The notes under the pieces were generated by a model that was not told the DNA's origin, did no database searches, and saw only the letters and a program-made list of their open reading frames with translations. A stretch of DNA of 63,649 nt, the filler included, from Ministeria vibrans ATCC 50519 (Eukaryota > Protista > Filasterea), in the NCBI GenBank assembly GCA_943704425.1. It is 8 parts of 8 records of this genome, joined end to end, with 100 filler letters (N's around TTAATTAATTAA, not from the genome) between each part and the next. Parts side by side here need not be neighbours in the genome. Positions count along the whole stretch, not along the records: positions 16,412 to 23,882 come from CALSCP010000202.1; positions 23,983 to 55,092 come from CALSCP010001962.1; 6 more parts are not named here. One strand, written 5' to 3'. Each line of letters begins with the position of its first letter. The first letter of the stretch is position 1. Of the stretch, positions 21,983-39,629 are shown piece by piece. The position numbers were made by a program, and so were the translations under genes.

Positions 21983-22463
21983 ATGTATAACAGGACGCTA
22001 GTGTGACACATGTGATCAAACAACAGGGCTTTGAGGAACGTCTGGCGCGCGAGTCCGGAAATATGTTTGGAAAAGGATGTTACCTTGCCGAAAGGTAATT
22101 AGTTTACCACAACGGACAAAGCCCCGTCTTATTCTTGATCATTGCATATTGGATAGTGCATCCAAGAGCGACCAGTACGTAAAAGGGAGGGGTGGAATGC
22201 ACGGGCGCTGTTCGCTGTTCCTCTGTCGTGTGCTACTTGGGCGTCACCACCTAGTGTTTGCTGCTGACCCGACGCTCCGTCGGCCTCCGTGCGTCGCTGG
22301 CCACTTTGACCCTTTTGTTTGTGCCCACGACCGCTGTGACTCGCTTGTGGCGCCATCCCGCCGCACGCATGTCCAGTCGGTCCTCCGACACTTCCGTGAG
22401 TTTATCGTCTACGATCGTCGACTTGTGTACCCGGAGTACTTGATTGAGTACGACCGTGTGTAA
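18330..22463 (+). CDS. Helical domain - non-RD kinase - coiled coil - PARP catalytic domain protein; paralogue of the 1160-8232 gene, no LRR visible
   Basis: Exons 18330-20252, 20344-21096, 21165-21566, 21994-22094 and 22157-22463. Kinase motifs RVLKVY, HCDIKPDN, DFDVS and GTVGYMAPE. PARP motifs EHYLFHG, MFGKGCYLAESASKSDQY, LCRVLLG and FREFIVYDRRLVYPEYLIEY. The start codon is uncertain. Confidence 0.88.
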
Positions 22464-22600
22464 ATTCCAATGTAAAAACCGTATGTTGTGTTCGACCAAT
22501 GTTGCTCCTTCTTTTCTTTCCCATCCTTAAAAACTGTAAAAACCGCCAGGGGCTCTCTTTCTCATTACATTTGGGTCTGAACAATCAACAATAGAAAAAA

Positions 22601-23427
22601 TTAGCACATTTCCTCTTTGTCTTTGCGCAGGTTTTCGTGCTGGTCGCGCAAAAAGTTCACGTACACACTCTTGTACTCGGATCGCATCGGTATGTGGTGA
22701 CCCTCAATATGTTCTAAGAGCTCGGCCTTGTCAAAGGACTGGGCCAATTCGCGCGAGCGCTCAGGCGTGATTATCTCGTCCGACTTGCCAAAGACGTGCA
22801 GAGTGGGCAACTCGAGAGGATGGCTCTTGGCCTGCGCAAAGTAGGTCTCGAGGACAGCGGGTGAGCTGGGAAGGAAGCCCGAGAAGAACATGCCAAAGCG
22901 CAGGGGGTAGCGCTCGGGCATGGTGCACACGAGCGCGGCAAACATTGCGCCTTGCGAGAAGCCGATGATTCCGTCGAAAACGTCGTCGGCAAAAAGCTTA
23001 TCAAGAGCATTCAGGGTCTCCGATACGCCGTGGTAGGTGTGCACGTTGTCTGTGAAGAAAAGGAAGGAAACGTGAGAATCGAGGGAAGGGCCACTTAAGG
23101 AGGATGGATGGACGGAATAAGGAAGTCGGCGCAGGGGAACTTCGCTCTCGTACCGGCGATTGTGTACGTGCACCACGCTTTGCCTGACTCAACACTGGAC
23201 TCGTCGGACGACTCCATGTGCATGGGCGGTCGAGTGGCGGCGAACGGGCCGTCAGGACAGGTGTAATCGGCGATTGCCTAAACGAGGTGAGATGAAAACG
23301 TCACCAAAAGGAATTGTTGGAGTCGGCGCACCTTTGTCGCGGTTCTCAGCGAGCCGATTTTCAGGCGGAACAATTCACCAGTCTGTGTGAAGCCGTGGAG
23401 GCACAGAACTCTCAGTTTTCGAGACAT
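22601..23427 (-). CDS. FSH1/OVCA2-family serine hydrolase (spliced)
   Basis: N-terminus MSRKLRVLCLHGFTQ, nucleophile elbow GIIGFSQGA, LHVFGKSDEII (Asp) and GHHIP (His). Confidence 0.9.
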
Positions 23428-23552
23428 GTTGGAATTTTAAACAAAAATTACTTATTTGAATAATTTCGTTTCAATATGAAACACAGTTTCAGTTTTTGAA
23501 AAGTACATTATTCAACCCGTACGAAAAAAAGAAGATCTTTCAGTCATTAAAA

Positions 23553-23785
23553 CTACATGGTTTCAAGCGTCGGTTGATACCGCACATACAACGCTCCCAG
23601 AGAGCCAATTCGCGAGATCAGTAGAGGGCTAAATGAGACACGAATAAAAACAAAACTCTTTTCACGTTTTTGTGTCTCACCGAATTTCCTCGAGTGAAAT
23701 GCGAGCAATGTCATCAGAGACACGTCGTCTTTGCCAACACTTTGTGCCCCCAACAGCGCTTCCATCACGATATTCTTGGCGCTTC
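23553..23785 (-). CDS. Probable 3' exon(s) of an unidentified gene cut by the contig end
   Basis: Protein-like reading (SAKNIVMEALLG...IGSLGALYVRYQPTLETM*) after a (TG)n intron ending in TTTAG; no family recognised. Confidence 0.3.
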
Positions 23786-23813
23786 TAAACACATACACAC
23801 ACAGACATGACAC

Positions 23814-23882
<69 letters not shown>

Positions 23883-23982
23883 NNNNNNNNNNNNNNNNNN
23901 NNNNNNNNNNNNNNNNNNNNNNNNNNTTAATTAATTAANNNNNNNNNNNNNNNNNNNNNNNNNNNNNNNNNNNNNNNNNNNN

Positions 23983-26900
23983 GTGGCAGCGGTAGGGGTC
24001 CTGCCTCGCCGCGTCCGACATCGCCTAGTGGAGGCAGTCGGAGGGGCAGTCCCTCTCCTCTCTCTTTACGCCGTCATCTTTTCTGCGTGCCCCATTCGTT
24101 TCCATGCAGGCACGCCCTCATGGCACCGCCAACTCATTCGCTTTCCTTCATCCCGTTCTCCTTTCAGATCATCCGATGACAGAAAGAGCGTCAGTAGCAT
24201 TGACGAGAGTGGCGAAGAGACAGTGCCACGACCGTCGTCGTTTGCAAGTGTGGGCTCGCTCAACCAACTGCTTGATCGAGATGACTCCGAGCATATGATG
24301 CAGCAGGCGGACGACGATCCCAACGATTCGCCTGGCTTTCACTCGTCTGCCGGCGATCTCGCCTTTGTCCGTCGTCGTTCGCCCATGACCTCGCTCACAG
24401 ACGTCACCATCAACGCACGTGGCTTGTCACTGTCGCCGTCCGCTGGCGGTGGCAACAGTGGAGCCAACTTGAGCAGCAGACGAAGCTCGTACGCCTCGTC
24501 GCATCTCAGCTTTGGTCCATCCACCACCATGTCACCTTCCACATCAACTGGCATTTCCCCTCAACTCGACAGTCACCTGCCCATCTCTCCCGTAATCACC
24601 ACCACGGTTGTATCGCCTACTCCACTCGCGCGTGGGCCCAGTCAATCGCCACCAAGAGGTTCCTCTCCACTCGACTCCAACTCTCTTCAAGTCTTCGACT
24701 CCCTCTCACCCTCAGACTCTCCCTTGCAACGTCCCTCCTCCAGCCTTGGTCGATCGCTCTTCCTCGGCGTCAACGCTGCCGACATTGTTCCGCTAGACTA
24801 CAGTCGCTCCCCTACCCACTCCACCTACCCAAACCTTCCCATGAGCTCGTCCACCTCGCGCACCCTCGGCTCTCCTCAATCTCCGTCCACCCCCGCTTCC
24901 TCCTCGCAAACCTCATCACCAGTGACCCCCGTCATTGCTCCCCCATCGTCCATGTCAAACCTTTCCGCAACAACAACAGCAGCAGCAGTTCCTGCTGCGT
25001 CCCCTCCTGCACCCACCCTGCGCACCAGTCTAGCTGACATCTCACCAGCGGCTCGCCTGCCCCACGCTGCTCTCGCTCACTCGTCACGTCATGTGTTTCC
25101 TGACCTCGATCCAAACGACTCCATCAATGCGCCTCTCAGCAGTATCTCAGCGATCGAGACGGGTGCTCAAATTACAATGATGGACGACCTTGGCCAACAG
25201 TTCCTCGAGCGTGACATTCTCGCAGAGTTTCGCACACGAAAGGGACGCACCGACGAGCGTCTACGTGACCTCGTCGAGGGTCTCAACCGTGTTCAGGTTG
25301 CACAGGCAGGCGGTCGTGAACGCGCCAATTCGTGGCCTCCCACCGCGACGGGCACCCATCTGCGTGACATTTGTAATCGTATTCGTTCTCTTGTTGAGGA
25401 TGTCATTCGCACAAACGCAAACGACATGGTGCGCTGGCGCTCCCGTCAGTTTATGCGTGAACTGCACGATCTCATGGACGAACAGCGCGAGCTGCGTCAC
25501 ACGGCACCCAACAAGCATTTGCCGGGCATCGACCGAATGCTCACCAAGCTCCTCTTTGCCTTCTCTCCGTGCGCCCGCCTTGCCGATTTCCTCGCGTCCA
25601 CTCCGCAGTTTCAGTACGAGGCAGCCATGCACCGTCAGGCGCAAGAGCAGCAGCAGGCGCGTCGTCTCGAGCAGCAGCAGAAAGAGCAAGAGTTGCATCA
25701 GTCGCAGTTGAGACGTCAGCGTCTGCAGCAACAGGAGCAGCAACGCATCCACCAGGAGAACAGTGTGGTGCGCAGGCGCTACAAGCGTCAACAGAGCGAA
25801 CAACCGCCACCCATTCGCCACTCTGGTGCCTACGATGATGATGAGGACATGCATGGCAGACTCGACGACCTCGGTGGTCGCAAAGTCGAAGATGACGATG
25901 ACGACGAGGTCCTATTTGACATGGACGAGTCATCCTTGATTGCACCCGCTCCTCTCCCTGGCTATCGTACCTACCAACAGGCGGTGCGCGAGCGCGAACG
26001 ACAACGCGATGGCAACTTGGGTCGTGTGAGCGAACTCGACGACAACCTTTTAGGTGTGGGTGCGCCCGCGAGTGGAGACAGCGAAGACCAAGGGAGCAGC
26101 CCCCAGACCGGCTCGCCTACGGGTGCCCCTCGACGCTACACCAAGAGACGGCGTGCAACGGGCGATGTCTCGTCGGGCGCAGAACAGGGTGGCGACGGAG
26201 TCTTGATGATGATCAATGATTCGGCAGTGCTGTCGGCGGAAGAAGAGGCGACGCTTGCCGAGACGGTCCCTCCGCAGCTCATCGCGCAGCTCAAGTCGTC
26301 CACGCCAAAGAAGACGCGCGCTTGGACTGTCATTGAAAATCGCCCCCGTATCGTCTCGTCGGGCGAATATGACTTTGCCGACGACGAACGTGACAACATT
26401 CTCGTCCCACCTCTTGCGTCTGTGCCCTCCATTGACACTCCCCCGCTCCTCAGACGTCCCGACCTTGTCTTGTCCAATCAGTCGTCGTTTGACGCAACAG
26501 ACGATCGTTCTTCTCACCTTCCTCTCTCGACGAGCTCTTCAACAGCTGCTCTCGCTCGTCAACGCATCGGTAGGTTTTCATCTGGCTTTTTTTTGTTAAT
26601 TTTGTTTTTTTCGCTTATTTTTTTTTATTTTTTTTTTTGCACAGTGTCCTCTACTGCCTTGTCTGAGGTGGGCCAAGATGGCTACAAGGGCTCGTTTGAA
26701 TCGGTGTCCTCTACGCTTGCTTCAGAGGTACACAGTGCGCCTGCAACGCGCGCCGTCTCAATGGACGTGACACAGCGCCATACTGTGGACCGTCAACGGA
26801 GCGATATTGTGCCAGGTGCCAGTCGTATATTGCCAGTGAGTCAACCGCACAAACGGCGCCTCAAGCGCTCCATGTCAGATCTATCGTCGATCTCCAATGC

Positions 26901-29900
26901 CACGGGCGACGACGACCTCCAATCAGACTTGGCCATGTCGCGCCAGCATCTCTTGGATATTGTTGATGAGCCGCGGTCGCGCAGTCGTACCAGCTCGTTC
27001 ATGTCTGAGTCCGACCCGTGTCTTTCGGACCAGGATATCCATCCGGGTGCGCCCACGTCGGCGCTCTCCTCGTCGAGTGATGTCCTCTCGCCGTCGGGTC
27101 GCCGTGTCTCCAACTTCCGACCCATCTTCACTCGCTCCGTGTCATCGCTGTCGGACGAACAGTCGACGCCTCCCGTTCGCCATACGCTGCAGCCGTCGCT
27201 TCTCGAGTCGGACGAGGCCGTTCCACACAGCGACAGCGAAGACGATCGCCAACGCGCATTGCAACAGCGACGTCGCAAACGCAGCATGGCCGAACGTATC
27301 GCCGAGCGCGTCATTCAGACAGACTCGCCAAGCTCGGCCGTCTTTGAGAGAGTGCCTATTGCCAGTGTTGTGACATCGCGCACGAGCCCCACCGTCGTCA
27401 CCTCGAACGATTCAACTGCGACGCACACTCGCGAGGACTCTATCAGCACCATTGTGAGTCGCCCGTCGTTAGTGGCGAGGCACCGCTCCAGTGAGCCCTC
27501 CGCCGACGTCACGAACATTGTCGATCCACACGATCCACACGATCCGCTGCCACGCCGCAGCTCCGAGACGGCCACGTCGGCGACACCGCCTCGAAGCGAC
27601 TCGGGCTCGGCCAACACCTTGGTGAACCGTGACCCCTCAGGCTCGAGCCTTCGAACTGGCCTCATCTTTCCCGAGCCCTCCTTCGTCCAACAACAGACTC
27701 AGCGTACCGATTCGCCCTCCATGACATCCTCGCCAAACCGTTTTGGTGGTCTCAAATCCTCCATTGGACGCCTGTTCAAGAAGCGCGACGGGAACGCGTC
27801 GCCCGTACCTGCCGCCGCCTCTCGTCTGCCCGATATGTCTCCTGCCTCGTCGCCCCTTTCGCGCGACCTGCGTCAACTTGAGTTGCTTCCCTCGCAATCT
27901 CCTAAGTCACGTCGGTCCGCCGTGCTAGCGAGCGAACGTCAAAAATCGCTTTATTCACGCGGTGTGAGTTCCGAGAATGTGAGCGCGAGTGCACCCGTGG
28001 TATCCACCGAGTCACCCAAGGGCTCACCTTATCTTTCTCGCGCCACCGTCAAGAAGTTGCTGTCGCCTCGCTCAGCTCGCAAGAAGGACTCGGCAGCTTC
28101 CATTACTGCTGCTGATGCTGGCACATTCTCACCCGATTCGCTTAAAACTCCCGACACGTCGCCGAGCAACAGCGGCAGCGGCAGTGGTGGTGGTAGTGGT
28201 GGTGGTGGTCTGTCTGGTCTGTTCCGTCGTGCGTCACGTCGTAACAAGCAAAACAACACCGACACGTCGACTGCTGCAGCGGTCGCAGCGGCTGCCGCCG
28301 CGGCAAGTCCTGCGTTTGCCAACAATAATAACAAGGATCATCAGTCGCCACAATTGGATCGCACCATTGAGACGATGCGCCTCGAGGCCAAGTCGCCGTC
28401 AAGCGTGTCACAGCAGGGTTTTGAGCGAGCCCTGTCGCCCGCATCCGGTGGTGCCATTAGTGTGCTCTGTCGCATTTGTGAGGAAGTTGTCTCGTCCGAT
28501 TTGCTGGCGCAGCACAGCAAGTACTGTGCCATGAACGAACAGATGGAAGTGAAGCGCATCACAGACAACCAACGTCTTGGCAAACTTCTTGTGGCATTGC
28601 GCGATCAGATGAAGGCGCATCGCGAACGTGTGGCACAGTCGTGCGAGGACTCGGCGGCCGAACGGGGCAGCGCCGAGGATTGCAGCAGCCCCGGGTCGCC
28701 GCGTCGTCGTGTAGTCATTGCGCCTGTGGCAGTGGCAATGGGCGCAGCGTCGTCGTCGTCGCTTGCCACCACCACCACTGCGTCTCCGTCGCCTATAATG
28801 TCACCACCATACGGCGTGACGCCGCAGGGTGCCAGTGAAGAGAGCGCCCCTTCGTCGCTGGGCGGCACGCCACTGTCGCCCATAGCTATGCGCGCCTCGG
28901 ACTCTCACTCGCACGCGTCATCGCCGCAGCAACTCTCGTCCATGACCATGATGGTCAATTACTATGCCGATGTGATTGAGAGTGTGGGCAATCGTGCGGC
29001 GAATCTCGAGTACGGCGGCTCCAAGTCCATCAAGGAGCTTGAGAAGATGCAACTGACGCTGCGTGGACTGTGTCTGCACGTGGAGAAACAACCTCAACAG
29101 GTGGTTGAGGTGCTCACGCTCGGTCGGCGCATTCTGACGGTGGTCGATTCGAAGCTTGACACGTTTCGCGAGACGTATCGAGTGCGTCGCGAGCGTGCCG
29201 AGAGCTCGGGTACGCCCTTACCCAGCGACGACGTAGACGAGCAGCGCAAGAGTGCCGCGTCAAGCCACGGTGGTGGTGCCGACGGACGTGGTTCTGGTGC
29301 TGTCAGCAGCAGTGCCGGGAACCTGTCAGGGTCCTTGTCGAAGAAGACATCGAAGGCGACCGTTGCGGAAGTGTCGCCGAGTAGTGGCAAGTCGATGTTG
29401 TCGCGCAAGAAGTCTGGTCTGCGAGGTGGTGGCGACCTTGCTACGCAGCAGGCACAGCTATCGCCTATTCAGCGGTCGGTGCAGCAACGTTCGCAAGTAC
29501 ACGGCCACAGTGCGCGCGGTCCACCACAGCGGCGCTTTGTTTCGCTGTTCGCGGCGATTGCGCGCGGCGCAGCGGGCGCACTGGGCCACCGTCGAACTCC
29601 TAGTTCGGAGATGGGCAATGAGGTGCGCGCCACAGGCAGTGGGCGCACGAGTCCGGTGAATGCCGCTGTGTCGCCCAGTGGACCTCGCCTGGGCGGTGCC
29701 GGCTACCAGCGACGCGGCAAAATGCCCAACATTATGGACTTTAACATCATCAAGCCAATCAGTCGGGGTGCGTACGGTCGTGTGTATCTGGCGCGCAAGA
29801 AGACCACCAACGACTTGTATGCACTCAAGGTGGTGAAGAAGAACGACATGGTGCGCAAGAATATGGTGAACCAGGTGATTGCGGAGAAGGAGGCGTTGGC

Positions 29901-32900
29901 CCTGAGCAAGAACGAGCACGTTGTCAAGCTCTTCTACACGTTCCAGAGCAAAGATGCTCTCTACTTTGTCATGGAGTACTGCAACGGCGGCGATCTCATG
30001 TCGTTGCTGCGCATCTTCACCTGCATTGACGAATCGTGGGCGCGCATCTATGCCGCCGAGGTGGTCCTTGCGCTCGAGTACCTGCACAAGTGTGGCATCA
30101 CCCATCGTGATGTGAAGCCTGACAACATGCTTATTACGTCGGCGGGCCATCTCAAGCTGACCGACTTTGGCCTGGCACGCATTCAATTGCCCGACGAAGA
30201 CGACGAGTTCTGCACTCCCAAGGCTCCCGCGCCGCCTATTCCAGTTGGTAGTATGGCGACAGCATCAGCATCAGTCGCTGCTACTGCTGCTGCTCCTTCC
30301 GTAACAACCGCGTCGGCTGCAACACCTGCAACCACGACGGTGAGCAGTGGCGCGGCGACGGGTGCTGCAACGACGACGGCCCAATCGTCGTTTTTGTCAC
30401 CCCCAAGTCCTTCGCCGACCCATTTGATGCCTGGTGATCGTGCTGGCAAGCGCTCGTCGGATCCCCTCGTCAGACGCTCCCCTACCGCCTCTGTGATGGG
30501 CACCTCATCGTCGGTGTTTTCGGCACAACTGCAGCCGCAGCAAGGTCAACTGCAGCTGGAGCAACAACATCGTGGTGCCCATGCGCGTGTCGAATCGTTA
30601 CGCCAGAGACGTACCATGACCATTTCGGGTAGAGATGCTGCTGGTGTGCCCACGGCGATGACACGAGATGGAGCGGTGGTGGCAGATTCAATTGAAGGGG
30701 CGTCGATGGATCGCAATGTGAGTGGTGGTTCGATGCGCAGTCGATGTTACTCTGCGGGTGCCAGCAAGAGCTCGGAGCGACTGAATGTGGGCGAGGGAGC
30801 CATGTCCAAGGACGAGGCAACGGACGCGGTGCGACGACTGGTCATGCTGAGTGCCGCTGCGAAAGTGGAGCAAAAGGCGGCCGAGGCACGTCGACTGATG
30901 CGACGTCGACGCAGCAGCGACACCTTGCTTGACTCGACGGACGTCGAGCGGCTCAAGCGCAAGTCGCGTCAGTCGCTGTTGTCAGTCGAGCCCGAGGAGG
31001 AGGAGGAGAAGGAGGAGGATAAGGAGGAGAAGGAGGAGAAGGAGGATGGGGAAAAGGTGAAAGATGAGAGGACGGACCTTGATGAAGGAGTGGTTGACGA
31101 TGATACAGTTACCGGGACTGTTGCTACGAATGGGAGTACGAGTGGTGGGAGCGAAGAGGATCTTGCCTCGCAGACTGCGCCCACTGCCCCACCACCGGAA
31201 CAGATCCAACAGCACATCAAGCAGTTGAGTGAGCTTCACCGTCGCCATGGTAGTGACCTGCGTTCCGACTGGGCTTCCAAGAAGAGCCTGTCGGTGGCGG
31301 AGATTGCGGCTGATCCGAGTGCCGCATGTGTCTCCGACGACGATCTGACGTTGAAAACACCCAAGTTCCAACCGCGCAGTTCTGATTCAAGTATCCACAG
31401 CAGTACAACGGGAAGCATGTCTGACGACTCACTGCTCAAAATGAGCTCCCCTCCGGCGGAGCAACAGCAACAAGACGATGCGGCTGCCGCAGCCACCACT
31501 GCACGCGTGAACATGACGGCAGCAGCCGCCGCCGCTGCGGTGGCCGCTAAGAATGCAGATGGAACAGAGGAGGAAGAGTCTGAGCGAGCGCTGGGCACAC
31601 CCGACTATCTTGCGCCCGAGCTGCTCTTGGGGGTGGGTCACGGCAAGGAGGTCGACTGGTGGTCGCTGGGTGTGTGTTTGTACGAGTTTATTGTGGGCGT
31701 GCCGCCTTTTACCGCATCCAGTCCGGAGCTCATCTTTCGGAATATTCTCAACCATGCCATTGAGTTTCCAGACGTCCCCGAGGACATGTCGTACGCGGCC
31801 AAGGATCTCATTTGCAAGCTGCTCTCGCCCAACCCGCGCATGCGCCCTACTGCGGACGCCATCAAGGCACATCCCTTCTTTGCCGGCATCAACTGGAAGA
31901 CACTGCTGCTTGAGCCGGGTCCCTTTGTGCCCGAGCCAGACAATGCCGAAGACACAAGCTATTTTGCCGAAGATCGCAAGCCCGCAGATGACATTAATGC
32001 GCCCGATGAACCCAAGAGCGCTACTGAGACCACTACTACTGCTTCTGCTGCTCCTGCTGCTGACGATGATGATAATCATGATGGCGCTAGTGAAAGTGCC
32101 AGTGGTGTGGATCAGACGACGTCTGCGCTGAGTGCGCACAGTTCTGCGGTGAGTGCTCCCATCACAATTGCAGACTCGGGTGTCTCAAGTGCCTTCTCCT
32201 TGGCCACGACCGCTGATGCTGCTGCGTCGTCTGCGACTTCAGGTGGTGCACTTGTTGCTGAAAATGACATGGATTGTCAACAGGGCGTCGATAGCCAGCG
32301 CAGTATGAGTACCTCTGTGCTCAGTGCGGAGTGCTCCTCCGACTCCATTGCCTCAGTGAGCTTTTCCGCCTCGCCCCTTCACCCTTCCACTGCTACAACT
32401 GCTGCCGCAATGTCACCTCCTTCACGCGCTTCCCCCGCCAGCAGCCCGCTGCCCAATCACCCTTCCACCAGCTCGCCCACTGTCATGTCTGCGTCCGCTG
32501 CGCGTGCCTTGTCCATTTCGTTGGGTGGTCGTCCCCAGTCTGTCCCTTCCTCACTGCGCAACTCGCCACTCAATGCGAGTCTTCCGTCGCTCAGCAATAG
32601 CGGTCGCAGCAGTGCAGCTGACTCGGACGCAACCGACACATCGTCCACATCACGCTCAAGTAAACGGCGCACTTCTCTGCACGTTCTCAAGCGCATCAAG
32701 AGTGGAATGAAGCGACCCCTCTCCATCACCTCCAGCATGCCCCTGGTGCCGGCCACCGACGTTGCAGCGCCGACCTCGGCCACATTCACGCGACCCAGTG
32801 CCACCCATGCGCAGCCCACCGTCGACGAGGAAGACGACGGCGAATTCCTCTCTGACTCAGCATCGCCTGCCACCACTCCACCCACCTCCCCGCCCCGCAG

Positions 32901-33390
32901 TCCCCCCTCCCGTCGACACCGTCTTCATCATCATCATCAGCACCACAACCCATCAACTGCACGTGCCGCCGCTCTTAGCCGCTTCTCCGCCTCGCAAGAC
33001 CCGCGCTTTGGTAATTTTGACGCGAAGATTGTCCACAACCTTGATGACATGAACACGACGGTGGCGCGCATTGGCGTGAGCACTCCCATGCTCAACGATA
33101 CCACCGACCAGAGCACTTCTTCAGATCAGCGGCGTGACTCCCCCTCGCCTAGCTTTGCCTTCGATGCCGGCTTTGTCTTTGTCTCTGACCCAACACTGTC
33201 TCCTCCTGATCGCGCTGTCTCCACCACGTCCAGTACCGATCATCCTCACGAAGGACGCACCAGCAGTGCACTTAGTGACCCGCTCTCTGTCTCATCCGAC
33301 CCCCTCCGCGACGACGACTCCGATGCAGCTCTCGATCGCGCTGTGCTCAATGTCCTTCAGGACTCTCTTCCCCCCGTTTCCGACTTGTAG
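23983..33390 (+). CDS. Very large AGC kinase of the IRE/RIM15/Greatwall (MAST-like) group; start uncertain
   Basis: Zn-finger motif LCRICEEVV...LAQHSKYC. Kinase motifs [27 protein letters not shown] and KLTDFGLA, then an insert of about 470 aa before GTPDYLAPE, and an AGC tail. A 75-nt in-frame intron lies at 26570-26644. Confidence 0.9.
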   Translation: MAAVGVLPRRVRHRLVEAVGGAVPLLSLYAVIFSACPIRFHAGTPSWHRQLIRFPSSRSPFRSSDDRKSVSSIDESGEETVPRPSSFASVGSLNQLLDRDDSEHMMQQADDDPNDSPGFHSSAGDLAFVRRRSPMTSLTDVTINARGLSLSPSAGGGNSGANLSSRRSSYASSHLSFGPSTTMSPSTSTGISPQLDSHLPISPVITTTVVSPTPLARGPSQSPPRGSSPLDSNSLQVFDSLSPSDSPLQRPSSSLGRSLFLGVNAADIVPLDYSRSPTHSTYPNLPMSSSTSRTLGSPQSPSTPASSSQTSSPVTPVIAPPSSMSNLSATTTAAAVPAASPPAPTLRTSLADISPAARLPHAALAHSSRHVFPDLDPNDSINAPLSSISAIETGAQITMMDDLGQQFLERDILAEFRTRKGRTDERLRDLVEGLNRVQVAQAGGRERANSWPPTATGTHLRDICNRIRSLVEDVIRTNANDMVRWRSRQFMRELHDLMDEQRELRHTAPNKHLPGIDRMLTKLLFAFSPCARLADFLASTPQFQYEAAMHRQAQEQQQARRLEQQQKEQELHQSQLRRQRLQQQEQQRIHQENSVVRRRYKRQQSEQPPPIRHSGAYDDDEDMHGRLDDLGGRKVEDDDDDEVLFDMDESSLIAPAPLPGYRTYQQAVRERERQRDGNLGRVSELDDNLLGVGAPASGDSEDQGSSPQTGSPTGAPRRYTKRRRATGDVSSGAEQGGDGVLMMINDSAVLSAEEEATLAETVPPQLIAQLKSSTPKKTRAWTVIENRPRIVSSGEYDFADDERDNILVPPLASVPSIDTPPLLRRPDLVLSNQSSFDATDDRSSHLPLSTSSSTAALARQRIGRFSSGFFLLILFFSLIFFYFFFCTVSSTALSEVGQDGYKGSFESVSSTLASEVHSAPATRAVSMDVTQRHTVDRQRSDIVPGASRILPVSQPHKRRLKRSMSDLSSISNATGDDDLQSDLAMSRQHLLDIVDEPRSRSRTSSFMSESDPCLSDQDIHPGAPTSALSSSSDVLSPSGRRVSNFRPIFTRSVSSLSDEQSTPPVRHTLQPSLLESDEAVPHSDSEDDRQRALQQRRRKRSMAERIAERVIQTDSPSSAVFERVPIASVVTSRTSPTVVTSNDSTATHTREDSISTIVSRPSLVARHRSSEPSADVTNIVDPHDPHDPLPRRSSETATSATPPRSDSGSANTLVNRDPSGSSLRTGLIFPEPSFVQQQTQRTDSPSMTSSPNRFGGLKSSIGRLFKKRDGNASPVPAAASRLPDMSPASSPLSRDLRQLELLPSQSPKSRRSAVLASERQKSLYSRGVSSENVSASAPVVSTESPKGSPYLSRATVKKLLSPRSARKKDSAASITAADAGTFSPDSLKTPDTSPSNSGSGSGGGSGGGGLSGLFRRASRRNKQNNTDTSTAAAVAAAAAAASPAFANNNNKDHQSPQLDRTIETMRLEAKSPSSVSQQGFERALSPASGGAISVLCRICEEVVSSDLLAQHSKYCAMNEQMEVKRITDNQRLGKLLVALRDQMKAHRERVAQSCEDSAAERGSAEDCSSPGSPRRRVVIAPVAVAMGAASSSSLATTTTASPSPIMSPPYGVTPQGASEESAPSSLGGTPLSPIAMRASDSHSHASSPQQLSSMTMMVNYYADVIESVGNRAANLEYGGSKSIKELEKMQLTLRGLCLHVEKQPQQVVEVLTLGRRILTVVDSKLDTFRETYRVRRERAESSGTPLPSDDVDEQRKSAASSHGGGADGRGSGAVSSSAGNLSGSLSKKTSKATVAEVSPSSGKSMLSRKKSGLRGGGDLATQQAQLSPIQRSVQQRSQVHGHSARGPPQRRFVSLFAAIARGAAGALGHRRTPSSEMGNEVRATGSGRTSPVNAAVSPSGPRLGGAGYQRRGKMPNIMDFNIIKPISRGAYGRVYLARKKTTNDLYALKVVKKNDMVRKNMVNQVIAEKEALALSKNEHVVKLFYTFQSKDALYFVMEYCNGGDLMSLLRIFTCIDESWARIYAAEVVLALEYLHKCGITHRDVKPDNMLITSAGHLKLTDFGLARIQLPDEDDEFCTPKAPAPPIPVGSMATASASVAATAAAPSVTTASAATPATTTVSSGAATGAATTTAQSSFLSPPSPSPTHLMPGDRAGKRSSDPLVRRSPTASVMGTSSSVFSAQLQPQQGQLQLEQQHRGAHARVESLRQRRTMTISGRDAAGVPTAMTRDGAVVADSIEGASMDRNVSGGSMRSRCYSAGASKSSERLNVGEGAMSKDEATDAVRRLVMLSAAAKVEQKAAEARRLMRRRRSSDTLLDSTDVERLKRKSRQSLLSVEPEEEEEKEEDKEEKEEKEDGEKVKDERTDLDEGVVDDDTVTGTVATNGSTSGGSEEDLASQTAPTAPPPEQIQQHIKQLSELHRRHGSDLRSDWASKKSLSVAEIAADPSAACVSDDDLTLKTPKFQPRSSDSSIHSSTTGSMSDDSLLKMSSPPAEQQQQDDAAAAATTARVNMTAAAAAAAVAAKNADGTEEEESERALGTPDYLAPELLLGVGHGKEVDWWSLGVCLYEFIVGVPPFTASSPELIFRNILNHAIEFPDVPEDMSYAAKDLICKLLSPNPRMRPTADAIKAHPFFAGINWKTLLLEPGPFVPEPDNAEDTSYFAEDRKPADDINAPDEPKSATETTTTASAAPAADDDDNHDGASESASGVDQTTSALSAHSSAVSAPITIADSGVSSAFSLATTADAAASSATSGGALVAENDMDCQQGVDSQRSMSTSVLSAECSSDSIASVSFSASPLHPSTATTAAAMSPPSRASPASSPLPNHPSTSSPTVMSASAARALSISLGGRPQSVPSSLRNSPLNASLPSLSNSGRSSAADSDATDTSSTSRSSKRRTSLHVLKRIKSGMKRPLSITSSMPLVPATDVAAPTSATFTRPSATHAQPTVDEEDDGEFLSDSASPATTPPTSPPRSPPSRRHRLHHHHQHHNPSTARAAALSRFSASQDPRFGNFDAKIVHNLDDMNTTVARIGVSTPMLNDTTDQSTSSDQRRDSPSPSFAFDAGFVFVSDPTLSPPDRAVSTTSSTDHPHEGRTSSALSDPLSVSSDPLRDDDSDAALDRAVLNVLQDSLPPVSDL

Positions 33391-33811
33391 AAAAAAAATA
33401 GTAAAACGTAATAATTGTGTATTAGTTCAAGCTTGACCTAAGGAGTCAGTCGGTCGGTGTGTCAACGATGTAATTATTAAATAAAAACAATAGGACAACT
33501 ATAGATTTCCTAAAATCTGTTGACGATTGAAAGAAAAAAAATCTCGCATGTCTGTTGTTAAAACCACTTGAGAACTTTATTAACAGACACAGTTTGGTGG
33601 GCACGTGCTCATACATTCAGCCCCAAGGCTACTGTGCCGATCACAAAAACAACGTCTTTCAGGCGGGAACGTAAACAAACATACGAAACGTTTGCTTTTA
33701 CATATTTTTTTACACTTTTCCCTCACTTTTTCTTCCGACTCTAATTGACATTGGAGTTTCACTTTCGTTTTGTTTTTCATTCGTATTACACAATAATATT
33801 CCTCTCTCTCT

Positions 33812-35321
33812 CTACTTACGAGCATAGGGCATGAATCGTTTTTCGCGTGTCGCATTTTTCTTTCGTCTCTTCTCAATATATTTCGAGAGTTTTCCACTTT
33901 CCTACAACATAAAAAAAGTTCAATATCAAATCACTTTTGAAGTTATATTTATATTATATTTATACCTTTAGCTCTTCAAACTTCTTTTTCAATTCTAATT
34001 CTTTCACAGTCGCTATAAAGATAAGGCACAAAAGATAAGCACAAAAACGTTTTGCGCATTTTTTCTCACATTTTTTCAAATAGAAACGCTTTTGCTTTGC
34101 GCCCGATCGAATCAGTTCCTTTTCGCGCTTTTGGTGTTCACTCTTAATCTCTTCTCGTTCACTTTTTCTCTTTTCCGCCTTTTTTTGTTCAACCTAACCC
34201 CAAAAATATGTAATTTATATCAAATCAGAATTTCCGTCGTTTCTTGATCTTGTTTTGTACCATTCGATTCAAAAGTGAAAGCAATTCAACTTTTCGTTCC
34301 TCATTTTTCGTCTTCTTCAGTTCTTTTCGTACTTCTTCCATTTCCCTATCAACATAAAATCGTTACTAATTATCATTCTCTCTCTCTCTCTCTCTTTGAT
34401 GTTACTTTTCGCGAATTTCATCCAGAAACTGATATTTAGTCGCAAAATCATTCATTTTGACTTTTCCGGCACTGCGCTCGTCAAAACGCGGATCGCGCGT
34501 TCTTCGCGCGCCCATCAGCCCGGAAACCTGTCGTGAACGACTCACAGGCTTCTTCGAAGTGATTTCTTGTGGTCTAAAACAGCGGAAGTTGTGACGGCCG
34601 TTTAGCTTCTTGTAAACATACTCTTTTCTTCTTACGCGTGTTTTGATTTGATTTTACGTGCGCCTGCGCCTCTGACTGGCCCTGAGACGGGTGGAGCATC
34701 GTCACTGTCGTCACTTTCACCCTCACTCTCACTCTCGTCCTCGGCATCTTCTTCTCTGGCGTAGTTGCCTTCGCGACGTGTCTTGACAGGTCGTTTGCCC
34801 GCGAGAACATTTCCAACAGTGGCGGCAAACTCTTTGGTGCCAAGACGCTGTTGAAGCTGCTGGAGTTGTCCCAGCGGAATCTCTGATGCGCGCTGTTGCA
34901 TTTGGGCGTCATTGTCTGAGCCATCCTGAGACGAGTCAGACTCGTCCGCTTCCTCTTCCTGGTCTTCATCGCTCTCGCTCATCTCTGCATCTTCGTCTTC
35001 GTCTTCATCCGAGTCATCTTCTTGCTGGTCTTCTGCGTCACTGGCGCTTGCGCTGTCGTCGTGGCTCTCGCCTGCACGGCCGCCAGGGTGCGCTGAAGAT
35101 GTCGTCTTGCTCACATACACTCTGTCCAAATGCGCACGATACGGCACGCTCTGCGATCCGTCGCTCTCACTGCCAGACCCGCTTGACTCCTCGCCATCCG
35201 ACGGCGGAGGAGGAGGCCCAGCACGCGCTCTTGCTCGATGAGCTATCAAAAAATAAGAAAAAAGAAGAAAAAAAAACATTTTTAAGTCATGTGCAACCCT
35301 ATAATCCACTCTAGCGTACAC
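33812..35321 (-). CDS. RRP36: rRNA biogenesis protein RRP36 (multi-exon; ends approximate)
   Basis: Acidic N-terminus, EIPLGQLQQLQQRLGTK, PQEITSKKPV, RDPRFD, YQFLDEIRE, KKKFEELK and SGKLSKYIEKRRKKNA. Confidence 0.85.
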
Positions 35322-35588
35322 ATAGACACGTGTGAAGGATGCTAGGTCCTAAGAGTGTCGAAAAATGATTGATTTGACTCATTTGCATTTGACATTTCAC
35401 ATTTTCAGAATCAGCTGATGAAATAAATGAATAGTTTTTATTGTTTATTGTGTGTTTCTGTGTGACGTGTGGTCTGTTTCTCATTTTGTTCTGAATTGAG
35501 TGACGACGCACGGGTTTTGTTTTTTGTTTCTTCGTTTATCTTGTCTGTGAGATAAAAAATTTAGTCAGAGACGAATAATTATCATACG

Positions 35589-39413
<3,825 letters not shown>

Positions 39414-39629
39414 ACAATTATTACAACTCAAAGAAAACAATTATACTACGCTAATAATATTACAAACAATTTCGTGGTCGAAAAAGAATAATAATATAAT
39501 TATTATTATAATGAGTTTTACTTGTGTTTTCAATGCGTATACTTAATATTATATTAATTTTCCTTTAATAATTTTAATAATATTACTTACTCACATAACA
39601 ATATCTCCTTCTCTTTCTCTCATTGTTTT

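Noticed and set aside
26570-26644. Transmembrane helix ([17 protein letters not shown]) in the AGC kinase
   Set aside because: It is a T-rich in-frame GT-AG intron.
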